Shown in pieces: positions 24,858 to 33,708 of a stretch of 64,000 bases of DNA. Positions within the stretch are counted from its first letter, which is position 1; each line of letters starts with the position of its first letter. The position numbers and the translations under genes were made by a program. Source of the DNA: an uncultured delta proteobacterium (lineage in GTDB: Bacteria > Desulfobacterota > Desulfomonilia > UBA1062); the NCBI GenBank assembly GCA_963785235.1, contig CAWAUM010000005.1, positions 512,001-576,000 on the forward strand, written 5' to 3'. The notes beneath the pieces were generated by a model. That model did not search any database. It was not told the origin of the DNA and saw nothing but the letters and a program-made list of their open reading frames with translations.

Positions 24858-25132
24858 TGAAAAAGACAATCCAGACAATAATCGTTGCAATGTTCGTGGT
24901 AATGATCACCGGTACCTTTGCCTTTGCAGCAGCAGCAACCTCCGGCGGAAACAGCTTCCCCTACTTCCACCTTGGATGCCTGATCATGGGCGGACTCACC
25001 ATCATCTCCATGAAGTACCGCTATGAGAAGATATACCTCAGCGAGGCAGTGGGATCTTTCGCTCTGTATGCAGTGTTGGTAGCTCTGTTCACCGCACCGG
25101 TCATCGAAGCAGTTAAAGGCATGATCAGCTGA
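24858..25132 (+). CDS. Small membrane protein (signal-like N-terminus plus 2 TM), paralogue of 25997-26173
   Basis: RBS GAGGAGG; MKKTIQ..TFAFA; motif EAxxxFxLxxxLVxxxTxPxxE. Confidence 0.8.
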
Positions 25133-25164
25133 GAAGATTATCAATAAAAAAAGGAGGAGAGGCC

Positions 25165-25428
25165 ATGAAAAGGGTACGAAGAAACAGACTCCAGACCAAG
25201 ACGCTGAATCAGATCATCATGCTGAGCGCATGGAGCTTCACCCTGGTTATCTCCTCGTTCCTGTTCCTGTTCGCAGGCCGGTGGATCGATGTGAAGTTCA
25301 ATACGGAACCGACCTTCATGCTTGGACTGTTTGTGCTGGGCATGGGATTGTGCTTTGCACGGATGTTCACGGACTACACAAAGGCCAAAGATGAGTTGAA
25401 CAACCGCAGGGTCAGATACCAGTCCTAG
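25165..25428 (+). CDS. AtpZ/AtpI-like (ATPase_gene1) two-TM protein
   Basis: GRWIDVKFNTEPTFMLGLFVLG fits G..(L/I)D...T.P.F...G; RBS AGGAGG. Confidence 0.75.
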   Translation: MKRVRRNRLQTKTLNQIIMLSAWSFTLVISSFLFLFAGRWIDVKFNTEPTFMLGLFVLGMGLCFARMFTDYTKAKDELNNRRVRYQS

Positions 25429-25529
25429 TCGATACTCAAGAAAGCCGGGTTACAATCCGGCAGCCTACATCACGAATGCGGGTCGCCCTCAAGGCGGCCC
25501 GTTGCTTCTCGCAGGATAATCAGTTGAAT

Positions 25530-25557
25530 AAAAAAACACGACCCTTTCGGGGCCGTG
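25530..25557 (-). terminator. Terminator of the minus-strand operon
   Basis: Minus strand CACGGCCC-cgaaa-GGGTCGTG then T7; further hairpins at 25444-25461 and 25479-25501. Confidence 0.7.
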
Positions 25558-25609
25558 GTGTGTGATATGGATCGTTCCCGGGGAGGAAGTTCGCTGGAGG
25601 CCTGTTCGA

Positions 25610-25714
25610 TTACCGGATCTGCGCTGCCCTGGCAGCATGCCCTGCGCGTTTCACGAACCGTGCAGTCAGGGCCAGGAATGCTGTGAAGCCGATAGTTACA
25701 AAGATGACTGTCAT
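25610..25714 (-). CDS. 34-aa single-TM small protein (not in ORF track)
   Basis: MTVIFVTIGFTAFLALTARFVKRAGHAARAAQIR; ATG 2 nt after the upstream stop, hydrophobic then basic. Confidence 0.5.
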   Translation of the reverse strand: MTVIFVTIGFTAFLALTARFVKRAGHAARAAQIR

Positions 25715-25716
25715 GG

Positions 25717-25956
25717 CTATGCCCTCTTTACCTTTCTCTCTATCACGACCTCTTCGATGAACCCCTTGAAGCCCAGTGCTATGCCGGCCACCAGTCCTAC
25801 CATCGTGAAGTTGGGTGCCATGCCGAGAACCCTGTCCAGATACATGCCGCCGTAGAGTCCGAGGAAGGTCATCATAACGAGCACCAGGCTGTATGCGCTT
25901 ATCCTGCTGAGCCTGTTGGCCAGTGCCTTTTCGATCTTTTCTTTCTTTGTCTTCAT
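25717..25956 (-). CDS. AtpZ/AtpI-like (ATPase_gene1) two-TM protein
   Basis: GMYLDRVLGMAPNFTMVGLVAGI; RBS AAGGAGG. Confidence 0.78.
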   Translation of the reverse strand: MKTKKEKIEKALANRLSRISAYSLVLVMMTFLGLYGGMYLDRVLGMAPNFTMVGLVAGIALGFKGFIEEVVIERKVKRA

Positions 25957-25996
25957 GGCCTTCCTCCTTATCCTTTTTATCTCTATGAGTCCTGCC

Positions 25997-26173
25997 TTAG
26001 AACAGGCTCATGAGGATCTCGCGTGCCGGGCCGGTGTTGATGGTTACCAGGGCGACCACCAGGACGAATACCGCGCTTGCTTCTACCGGGGTGAGTCCCA
26101 ATACCTTGTAGGTGAACCTGATCCCTATGCCGGTCATGAACAGTGCGCCGATTACGATCCATAATGTCATCAT
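25997..26173 (-). CDS. 58-aa two-TM membrane protein (not in ORF track), paralogue of 24858-25132
   Basis: MMTLWIVIGALFMTGIGIRFTYKVLGLTPVEASAVFVLVVALVTINTGPAREILMSLF; RBS AGGAGG; sigma-54 promoter upstream. Confidence 0.75.
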   Translation of the reverse strand: MMTLWIVIGALFMTGIGIRFTYKVLGLTPVEASAVFVLVVALVTINTGPAREILMSLF

Positions 26174-26220
26174 TGTCTTGCCCTCCTGGGGTTTGTTTTT
26201 TTCTTTCTAGCTTATATAAG

Positions 26221-26235
26221 GCAAGGGGCGTGCCA
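26221..26235 (-). promoter_or_regulatory. Sigma-54 -24/-12 promoter
   Basis: Minus strand TGGCAC-GCCCC-TTGC, consensus match. Confidence 0.85.
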
Positions 26236-26298
26236 GGTTCTGATAATTTATAACTTAATGATATTATTTATTTATTAAATTATGACCTTTCCTTAGAT

Positions 26299-26394
26299 TG
26301 CCATTTTGGCATAAAAGTCTTCTGTCAGAACATGTGCAGGTACAAAATGACAAAATAACCTCAGGGACACCCCTAAATTTGCCAGAATGGCAAA
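26299..26394. promoter_or_regulatory. Putative enhancer sites TGCCA-N3-TGGCA (two copies)
   Basis: TGCCA-ttt-TGGCA (26299-311) and TTTGCCA-gaa-TGGCAAA (26378-94) upstream of the sigma-54 promoter. Confidence 0.6.
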
Positions 26395-26675
26395 GTTGAG
26401 GGTGACTCTCTGCGACGATGAGAGACAGACAAACTGACCTTTCCTTCCCAGTATTAATAAGCACCTGAAGTGAGCTTCTAAACTCATTTTGAAATGGATC
26501 ATACGGAAAAGAGAAAGGTTATTGGTATTGTCTGTAGTCTGAACACCCTGGATCTTGACTTAATCAAATTTAGCCCTAGTATAGTAGGACTATGCTAATC
26601 CTTATTGAAAGGCTGATCCCTTTAGGTTTGGATCGGCCTTTCTCCATTAATTGCCCTAAAATCTTCTCCCTCGTT

Positions 26676-26761
26676 AAAAAAAGACCGGACCGTATTGACA
26701 CAGTCCGGCGTAAAGGAGGTCAGAATCCCTACGCGGCAAGGATGCCGAGTAGGGCTGAACT
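26676..26761 (-). ncRNA. Candidate anti-SD small RNA, copy 1
   Basis: TTGCAT-16-TATAAT promoter, hairpin with UCCU loop, UUCUGACCUCCUUUAC linker, terminator plus T7; second copy at 52825-52910. Confidence 0.75.
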
Positions 26762-27083
26762 TAGTTTATTATAAAGGCAGCCAGGAGTAATGCAACCACC
26801 TTCGGCTAGATATTATTTCAAGTGAAGATTTATCGCTGGTATATTTAGTCAGTACCAACGCCCAATTCTCATCTAAGCCTATTGATTCCAGTCCTTGCTA
26901 TTTTTATACTATAATTATTAATTTTGTTGATTCATTGCTTCCGGAATTACCACTTTTCCTCATCATTTGTTACGCATTGAAAATGTGATTGTGGTGACGT
27001 ATAAAAAACTCTCTGAGAACATGTCACTAGAAAGACATCTTAGAGGATGATCATTTTATCCTGCGAAAGAAGGATTGAGTAGA

Positions 27084-29156
27084 ATGCCCAGTGCGCACGA
27101 ATTCCTCACTACGCTAGCCATGGTCCTCTGTGTGGCTGCTGTGACCACAGTGGTTTTCCAGCGCTTGCGCCAGCCTGTGGTACTCGGCTACATACTCGCA
27201 GGGCTCATTGTCGGCCCGAATGTGCCAAGTCCACTCGTCGCCGATAGCGCTATTATCCGGATCCTTTCTGAGACCGGCGTTATACTGCTTATGTTTTCAT
27301 TGGGACTTGAGTTCAGCCTGCGCAAGCTTGTACAGGTCGGCCCCTCGACTATTCTCACGGCGGTTATAGAAACGAGCATCATGGTCTGGCTCGGTTATAT
27401 CGCCGGTCAGGCCTTCGGCTGGACCCAGAATGAGAGTGTCTTTGCCGGATTCATAGTCGCTATATCCAGCACAACGATCATTGCAAAGGCTTTCGAAGAA
27501 CAGAACATCAAGGGGAGACTGCATGAGTTTGTAGTCGGAATCCTCATCGTCGAGGACCTGATTGCCATACTCTTGATGGCTATTCTCACAGCGCTTTCAA
27601 CGGGCGATGGCCTGTCGTCGGCCACTATTGTCCATTCGGGCGGCAGACTCGTAGCCTTCCTGGTCGGCCTGGTCGTGGTCGGATTGCTTATAATCCCCCG
27701 TCTTGTCCGTACTATCATTCGTTTACAGCGTGCGGAGACAACCTTGGTAGCCAGCATCGGAATCTGCTTCGCGATTGCCCTTATCGCGCGCGAGTTCGGC
27801 TACTCGACAGCTCTCGGAGCCTTCATTGCAGGCTCCCTTGTCGCCGAGTCCGGAGAGGGAAAGCACGTCGAGCATCTTGTCCTCCCGGTTCGCGATATGT
27901 TTGTCGCCATCTTCTTTGTGTCGGTGGGTATGCTCATCGACCCATCTATCATCTTGCAGCGCTGGCCCGAGGTTGCCGTCTTCACTGTGGTTGTGATCCT
28001 GGGTAAGGTAAGCGGGGTAACGTTGGGGGCCTTCTTCACCGGAAATGGAATACGGACTTCGGTACGGACAGGCATGAGCCTCGCTCAGATCGGCGAGTTC
28101 TCGTTCATCATTGCCGGGCTGGGGATCTCGTTGAAGGCCACGGGGGACTTCCTCTACACGATTGCGGTCGCCGTGTCTGCGCTCACAACGCTCACAACGC
28201 CATGGCTCATTCGAGCAGGTGATCCCGCAGCCCGTTTCATCGACCGCAAGCTGCCTCGACCTTTCCAGACCTTTGCGGCACTTTACGGGAGTTGGATCGA
28301 GAACATGTGGACATCGCCTCAGGACAGGACCAAAGGAAGGGTAGTAAGAAGGCTGGTGAAGTTGCTGATGCTCGACAGCGTGCTGCTCTCTGTGCTTGTA
28401 ATCGGGGCAGCGGTTTCCATGGACACCATTGCAAATGTCGCTGTCATCAGGTTGGGCCTCTCGGATGTGGTCGTCCGGCTGATGTTCGTATTGATAGTGC
28501 TGGGACTCGCTCTCCCTTTTATCATCGGTGTTATCAGAATCGCTCGAGGTCTTGGCCTCTCATTGGCGTTATTAGCTCTACCCGAGGCCGGCGAGGGTAA
28601 AGTCGATCTGGCTGATGCCCCACGGCGGGCATTTGTGGTCATGCTGCAACTGGCAATCGTACTGGTTGTAGGGCTTCCGCTGCTTGCCTTGACCCAGCCA
28701 TTCCTTCCGCGATGGATCCCTGCCTCGACGATTGGCGTGCTCATTATCTTCCTGGGTGTGATGCTCTGGCGTAATGCCACGAACCTTCAAGGACACATCC
28801 ATGCTGGAGCGGAGCTTGTTGTTGAGGCCCTGGCAAAACAAGCGCACAAGAAGTCTTCCGTATCAGGCCAGAAATCGCTCATGGAGATCAAGCATCTTCT
28901 TCCCGGTCTGGGTGAACCTGTTTCCCTTCGGCTCAATGAACGCAGTTTTGCTGTTGGCAAGACCCTGGCCCAGCTTAATGTTCGCGGTTTGACCGGGGCG
29001 TCCGTACTGGCAATAGTACGTGGAGAGGAGAATGTCATAATGCCGAGTGCTACTGAGCATCTCCGCGTGGGTGACATGTTGGCTCTTGTAGGTACGCGCG
29101 AGGCGGTCAACGCCGCAACCGTTCTCCTGAATAAAGGTCAACAGGAGATTTCATAG
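27084..29156 (+). CDS. CPA2 cation:proton antiporter with C-terminal RCK_C/TrkA-C domain
   Basis: LGYILAG, FSLGLEF, ILIVED, LAQIGEFSFII; GKTLAQLNVRGLTGASVLAI. Confidence 0.93.
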   Translation: MPSAHEFLTTLAMVLCVAAVTTVVFQRLRQPVVLGYILAGLIVGPNVPSPLVADSAIIRILSETGVILLMFSLGLEFSLRKLVQVGPSTILTAVIETSIMVWLGYIAGQAFGWTQNESVFAGFIVAISSTTIIAKAFEEQNIKGRLHEFVVGILIVEDLIAILLMAILTALSTGDGLSSATIVHSGGRLVAFLVGLVVVGLLIIPRLVRTIIRLQRAETTLVASIGICFAIALIAREFGYSTALGAFIAGSLVAESGEGKHVEHLVLPVRDMFVAIFFVSVGMLIDPSIILQRWPEVAVFTVVVILGKVSGVTLGAFFTGNGIRTSVRTGMSLAQIGEFSFIIAGLGISLKATGDFLYTIAVAVSALTTLTTPWLIRAGDPAARFIDRKLPRPFQTFAALYGSWIENMWTSPQDRTKGRVVRRLVKLLMLDSVLLSVLVIGAAVSMDTIANVAVIRLGLSDVVVRLMFVLIVLGLALPFIIGVIRIARGLGLSLALLALPEAGEGKVDLADAPRRAFVVMLQLAIVLVVGLPLLALTQPFLPRWIPASTIGVLIIFLGVMLWRNATNLQGHIHAGAELVVEALAKQAHKKSSVSGQKSLMEIKHLLPGLGEPVSLRLNERSFAVGKTLAQLNVRGLTGASVLAIVRGEENVIMPSATEHLRVGDMLALVGTREAVNAATVLLNKGQQEIS

Positions 29157-29342
29157 CAGGGTTGATACATCCGCTGTTTCATTTGCTATGACAAGTGAAG
29201 ATAACATTTGTCACGCTCAGGTATGAAACAACCTTGCATCATAGGCTTCAAACAAAGATCATCAGCTTTTAGGCATCTTTAAACCGAGGATAAATCACAG
29301 AAATAGTTGCTTCTTTAGCAAACAAAAAAACAGTCCTAAAAG

Positions 29343-29849
29343 TTACTTCGTATGTAAAAGTACCTGACCTGGACATATAAAAGACACCCCTTGACCTGAT
29401 CTAAGGCCAAGCATGACCCCCTCGATAATAGGTTGATTGACCAATTTGTTGGATTTCCATTTGACTAAGAAATTGGCGCCTGGTCCACCCCGATTGTCGT
29501 ACTCCTTAATATCGACAAATGTTGCTGCAAGGGGTTTAAGCTTTATCGGACTTTTAATATAGCTCTCAATCTTCTTACCCTCGGTGTCATAGTAGTCGGC
29601 AGTATCAATTGTAATCTCATTTTTCGGGTCGGTATTTCTAATACTAACCATAGCTGAGAGGAGAAAGGGTGAGCCTTTGGGTCCTGCATGAACATTTGAA
29701 TAGATAGAAACATACACTGTCTCACCTTGTGAAAGAGTCTTATTCATATCCGTTTGGGCATGGGAAGGGAGGGGAAAGTGTACAAGTATTACTGAAAGAA
29801 CTATCATCTTAATAATGTTAATAATGGGCCTGACTTTAACCATGGGCAT
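29343..29849 (-). CDS. DUF3124-like secreted protein
   Basis: VYVSIYS, SIRNTD, YYDTEG, GGPGANFLVKW; RBS GGAGGAG before ATG 29849. Confidence 0.8.
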   Translation of the reverse strand: MPMVKVRPIINIIKMIVLSVILVHFPLPSHAQTDMNKTLSQGETVYVSIYSNVHAGPKGSPFLLSAMVSIRNTDPKNEITIDTADYYDTEGKKIESYIKSPIKLKPLAATFVDIKEYDNRGGPGANFLVKWKSNKLVNQPIIEGVMLGLRSGQGVSFICPGQVLLHTK

Positions 29850-30199
29850 TGATCTCCTCCTCGATTTTTCAAGTGGTAATATACTGCTGTTTCCTGTGTC
29901 AGGGCAAAGTGAATATAACTTACCAAGGCCAATGCTTCTTCCAACGTATAGATTAAATTCCATAATCATCGAAAAAAGGGGCATGGAAAAGTGAAAATAT
30001 CATGAGTAGGACTTATAAGAAGCTATAATATTTGACTAGTAACAATTCAAGCTGTGGAAGCTTCCTACCCCCTAGCTTTTAGAAAAATTTAAGTAATCTT
30101 AAAACCGATTCAGATGCTCTTTTACATCTAAATCACCATAGAAATATCCCGTATAGAATATATCAGCTGGTCTGAAGGCAGGCTAACCTATTAAATTTA

Positions 30200-30245
30200 T
30201 GGAGCCAGCGCGGGGGGTCGAACCCCGGACCTGCTGATTACGAAT
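30200..30245 (-). tRNA. 3' half of tRNA-Thr(CGT); probable att-site duplication, not a full tRNA
   Basis: Minus strand ATTCGTAATCAGCAGGTCCGGGGTTCGACCCCCCGCGCTGGCTCCA gives anticodon loop, T-arm, acceptor strand and CCA; D-arm and 5' half absent. Confidence 0.88.
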
Positions 30246-30370
30246 ACTGTCTGCGAGGCTTATCTTATTGATTTTACTGTAATGTCTCTTGTGCCTGTTG
30301 GCTCAAAGTCGGTCAAAAGAGTCTAGTTTTTTTCAAAGTCCCAATAAAAGTCCCATATAGGAGGTGGACT

Positions 30371-31162
30371 ATGAACTATCGCGAGACACTTCAAGTAATA
30401 GATACAGCAAGGGCTTTAGAGTGCCTAGGAATTAATGCACGTGTTCCACAGGGAGCATACATTAAGTTCCCATGTCCTTCTGACAATTGTGATGAACTGG
30501 CACTAATTAAAACCCACGGCAACAAGAAGAACCTGTTTTATTGCCCTCGTTGCAAACTTTCAGGGCATATTATCTCATTGGTGATGAAAATTATGAACAT
30601 CAATTGGCAGGAAGCCTGCGAGTGGCTAAAGAAAGCCCGGGCAACGCCGCATGTTATTACTGACCAGCTACAGCTCAAATATGAACTGGAGTACCACAAG
30701 TTCCTGGAAGATAAAGGCATCAGCAAAGAAATCTGCGAAATGTTCCAGATAGGCGTTCCTAAAGGAAAGACTATGCTGGCTGGGTGTGTGGCTTTCACTG
30801 TCTTCAATGATGATGGAGAGCGCATCGCCTACTATGGCATCAACATGAAAACTGGAAAGCCAGTGTTTCATAAGTCATTCAACCCTGAGTTATATCTCTA
30901 TGGACAAAGTTTCTACTTAGGTCATAAAGATTATCATTTTGTCGATGAAGTGTATTTCACCACAGACATATTCCAATGCATTAAGATATATGCTGAAGAT
31001 GAGTTTGCTGTATGTAACTTCGGGCTTCCCTACATCTCAAATGAGCAAATGGACAAGCTGGACCATCTTGCTTTTGTAAAATTCCGAATCCCTCAAGAGC
31101 TTGTGAGGGATTTCGCCATCAGAATGGCCGAACACAAAGCAGGTTTTCACCTCTTCGGTTAA
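30371..31162 (+). CDS. Primase-like zinc-finger protein at the island boundary
   Basis: CPSDNC...FYCPRC..GHIISLVM...WQEA resembles a DnaG zinc-binding domain; TOPRIM-like part lacks acidic motifs. Confidence 0.65.
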   Translation: MNYRETLQVIDTARALECLGINARVPQGAYIKFPCPSDNCDELALIKTHGNKKNLFYCPRCKLSGHIISLVMKIMNINWQEACEWLKKARATPHVITDQLQLKYELEYHKFLEDKGISKEICEMFQIGVPKGKTMLAGCVAFTVFNDDGERIAYYGINMKTGKPVFHKSFNPELYLYGQSFYLGHKDYHFVDEVYFTTDIFQCIKIYAEDEFAVCNFGLPYISNEQMDKLDHLAFVKFRIPQELVRDFAIRMAEHKAGFHLFG

Positions 31163-31193
31163 ACTAAATAAAAGGTGGCGAAAGCAATAAGAA

Positions 31194-31227
31194 AAAGGGA
31201 GAGTATCACAATGTGATTCTCTCCCTT
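31194..31227. terminator. Terminator hairpin
   Basis: AAAGGGAGAGTATCAC-aat-GTGATTCTCTCCCTTT. Confidence 0.7.
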
Positions 31228-31481
31228 TAAATTTGTTCTGAAATTTTTAGAGTTATACATGCCATATATTCCACGTGGAACAATATGAGGAAACCTGTTG
31301 ATGCAACAGTTATAGGAGTTTTCCACAAAACCATCAATTTAGGCAACTCGTTGGTTATGGAACATAATCTCTGTCTGCGTGTGTGGAGATGAAACCGATG
31401 ATTTTATTGCATTATCTACACTAAAGCTAATATGAAGAGTACTGTTCATAATCTACGGTGTCCAGGCATATTAAAACTGAC

Positions 31482-32266
31482 GCCGATCGGATGGACCGTT
31501 CATCGTGGTGGACTGCACGACTATTCCGGAGAACCTTGTGGAGAGTGAGCTGTTCGGTTATGAGAAGGGTGCCTTCACCGGGGCTGACAGGCAGAAGCTC
31601 GGGCGTGTCGAGCTGGCGCATGAAGGGACTCTTTTCCTCGATGAGATCGTGGAGCTTCATCTCAATCTCCAGACAAAGCTCCTCAAGACCCTGGAGGAGA
31701 AGACCTTTGTCAGGATAGGCGGGGGACTTACCATCAGATCTGATTTCCGTCTCCTCGCAGCCACAAACCGGAACCTGAGGGACGAGGTGGCTTCAGGCCG
31801 TTTCCGGGAAGACCTCTACTACCGTCTCAATGTCTTCCCCCTATCCATGCCGCCGCTGAGGGAACGTGAAGATGACATCCTTGAGCTGGCGAGGTATTTT
31901 GTTGAGCTCTATGCAAGGAAGTATGGCAGGACCGGTCTTGAACTTTCCCGGAAAGACCAGCGCATACTGATGAGCTATGCCTGGCCCGGCAATGTTAGGG
32001 AGCTGCAGAATGTCATCGAACGGGCGGTCATCCTATCGAGAGGTCCTGAACTCCAGATACCACTGTTCCCCTCGGAACCCCAGGCAGTCGCTAAAGGGAC
32101 CTTTGATGACCTGCCCACGCTTGATGAACTGCAGCATCGATATATCAGGCACGTCTTCGAATATACAAAGGGCAGGGTCAGCGGACCGGGCGGCGCAGCC
32201 GACATCCTTGGAATGAAGCGCACGAGCCTTTATTCCCGCATGAGGGCGCTGGGCATGAAAAAATAG
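31482..32266 (+). pseudogene. N-terminally truncated sigma-54 enhancer-binding protein
   Basis: Homology begins at [12 protein letters not shown]; has [23 protein letters not shown] and HTH but no Walker A or sensor domain. Confidence 0.85.
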
Positions 32267-32270
32267 GTTT

Positions 32271-32810
32271 TCATGTCTTGTGAATCTTATTTAATGTATC
32301 CTCGTCTTCAATGGGAACCCGGGTGGACTCGAGGAATCTGCTCACCATGTTGAAGTAGCTTATGCACAGGATGAGTTCTGTCGATTCCCGTACGCCGTAC
32401 CGGTTGAGGACCTGCTCCAGAGTCTCGTCGCTGAGCCTTACGTTCCGGCTTATCTCGTCCGCTACTGTGCAAATCAGATTGTCTTCATCGCCAAGGGAAG
32501 TCACCGGGTCTTCAGCCTCGATCTTTCCAATCTGCTCCTCAGTAACGCCGCATTGTTTCGCCATGGCAACGTGGTGAGTCCACTCGTATTTAGCGTTGGT
32601 AACCCGTGCGACCCTGAGTACAGCTATTTCACGTTTCCGAGGATTAAACCGGCTCTCGAAAAGAATGGAGCGGGCAAAGGCGGCAAAGGTCATAAAACTG
32701 GCCGGGGCGTTCGCTGCCATGCGGAAGACATTGAGCGGTATCGATTCGACCGCTTCCTTTATCCCGGGCGGTAGACTTCCAATCTCGGGGAGCGGTATAG
32801 AAACACTCAT
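32271..32810 (-). CDS. Carboxymuconolactone decarboxylase/AhpD-like protein
   Basis: REIAVLRVA...YEWTHH. Confidence 0.85.
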   Translation of the reverse strand: MSVSIPLPEIGSLPPGIKEAVESIPLNVFRMAANAPASFMTFAAFARSILFESRFNPRKREIAVLRVARVTNAKYEWTHHVAMAKQCGVTEEQIGKIEAEDPVTSLGDEDNLICTVADEISRNVRLSDETLEQVLNRYGVRESTELILCISYFNMVSRFLESTRVPIEDEDTLNKIHKT

Positions 32811-32849
32811 ATAGAGTTCTCCTTTCCTGTGTGATGATGGCTTCGTGTC

Positions 32850-33686
32850 TTAAATATGTTTGCCGAATATTCCTGCCAGCTGTTTGGCCTGATATATGGA
32901 AAAGGTACGGCTTAACCTGTGCGTGAGGTCGCCCATGTAGGTTTCGGGACAGACCAGGAGCACTGCTGTATTCTTTTTCACTGCCGTCACCACCTTCTTC
33001 GCCACCCTGTCCGGCGTGTAGTTGCGCTTGGCGTAGAAGGTGTCGAGCTTCTTGGTGAAGTCTTCCCCGTCAGAGGAAGCCGAGTAAACCTTTATGCCGG
33101 ATACCGTGATGTTCGTTTTCACGACCCCAGGGCACACGGCCGTGACCCCGATGCCATGGAGAGCCGCTTCTGCCCGGAGTGTCTCGGAGAACCCCTCCAC
33201 TGCGAACTTGGTGCAGCAGTAGGCGGTCATGAGTGGAAGCGGCGCAAGGCCGGCTCCGGATGCCGTGTTCACGATGTGTCCGCCTCCGCCCTGAGCAATC
33301 ATGCGGGGATAGAAGTAGTGGCAGCCGTAGATGACACTCCACAGATTGACTCCCATGATCTTCTCCCAGGAATCCATGGGCAACTTCTCGAACTTTCCCG
33401 CTGTTGCTATTCCGGCATTGTTGCATAGGACATCGACCCTGCTCATCTTCTCATACACCTTGTCGCAGAGATCTTTCACCTGCTCTTTCTTCGACACATC
33501 CACCACCTGGGTATATACTGTCCTGCCTGTCCCTTCAAGTTCCTTCCTGACTTTTTCGAGACCCTGTGCGTTTATGTCTGCCAGGGCGAGTTTTGAACCC
33601 TCGGCTGCGAATGCACGTGCCATCTCGAGCCCGATACCACTTGCAGCTCCCGTGATCACCACTACCTTGCCGTTGAGATTCTTCAT
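32850..33686 (-). CDS. SDR oxidoreductase
   Basis: TGAASGIG, NNAG, YCCTK. Confidence 0.95.
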   Translation of the reverse strand: MKNLNGKVVVITGAASGIGLEMARAFAAEGSKLALADINAQGLEKVRKELEGTGRTVYTQVVDVSKKEQVKDLCDKVYEKMSRVDVLCNNAGIATAGKFEKLPMDSWEKIMGVNLWSVIYGCHYFYPRMIAQGGGGHIVNTASGAGLAPLPLMTAYCCTKFAVEGFSETLRAEAALHGIGVTAVCPGVVKTNITVSGIKVYSASSDGEDFTKKLDTFYAKRNYTPDRVAKKVVTAVKKNTAVLLVCPETYMGDLTHRLSRTFSIYQAKQLAGIFGKHI

Positions 33687-33708
33687 ATGAATATTCCTCC
33701 TTGCACTT

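Noticed and set aside
26732-26750. CsrA/Rsm-binding hairpin GGCAAGGAUGCC on the opposite strand of the sRNA
   Set aside because: G-U pairs, the T7 tract and the promoter all point to the CU-rich strand; kept only as an alternative
26790-26825. Tiny ORF MQPPSARY present in both repeat copies (type I toxin?)
   Set aside because: SD only 1-2 nt from the ATG, lengths differ (11 vs 26 aa), not hydrophobic; better explained as promoter conservation
30200-30275. Full-length tRNA-Thr
   Set aside because: The 5' acceptor strand and D-arm are missing
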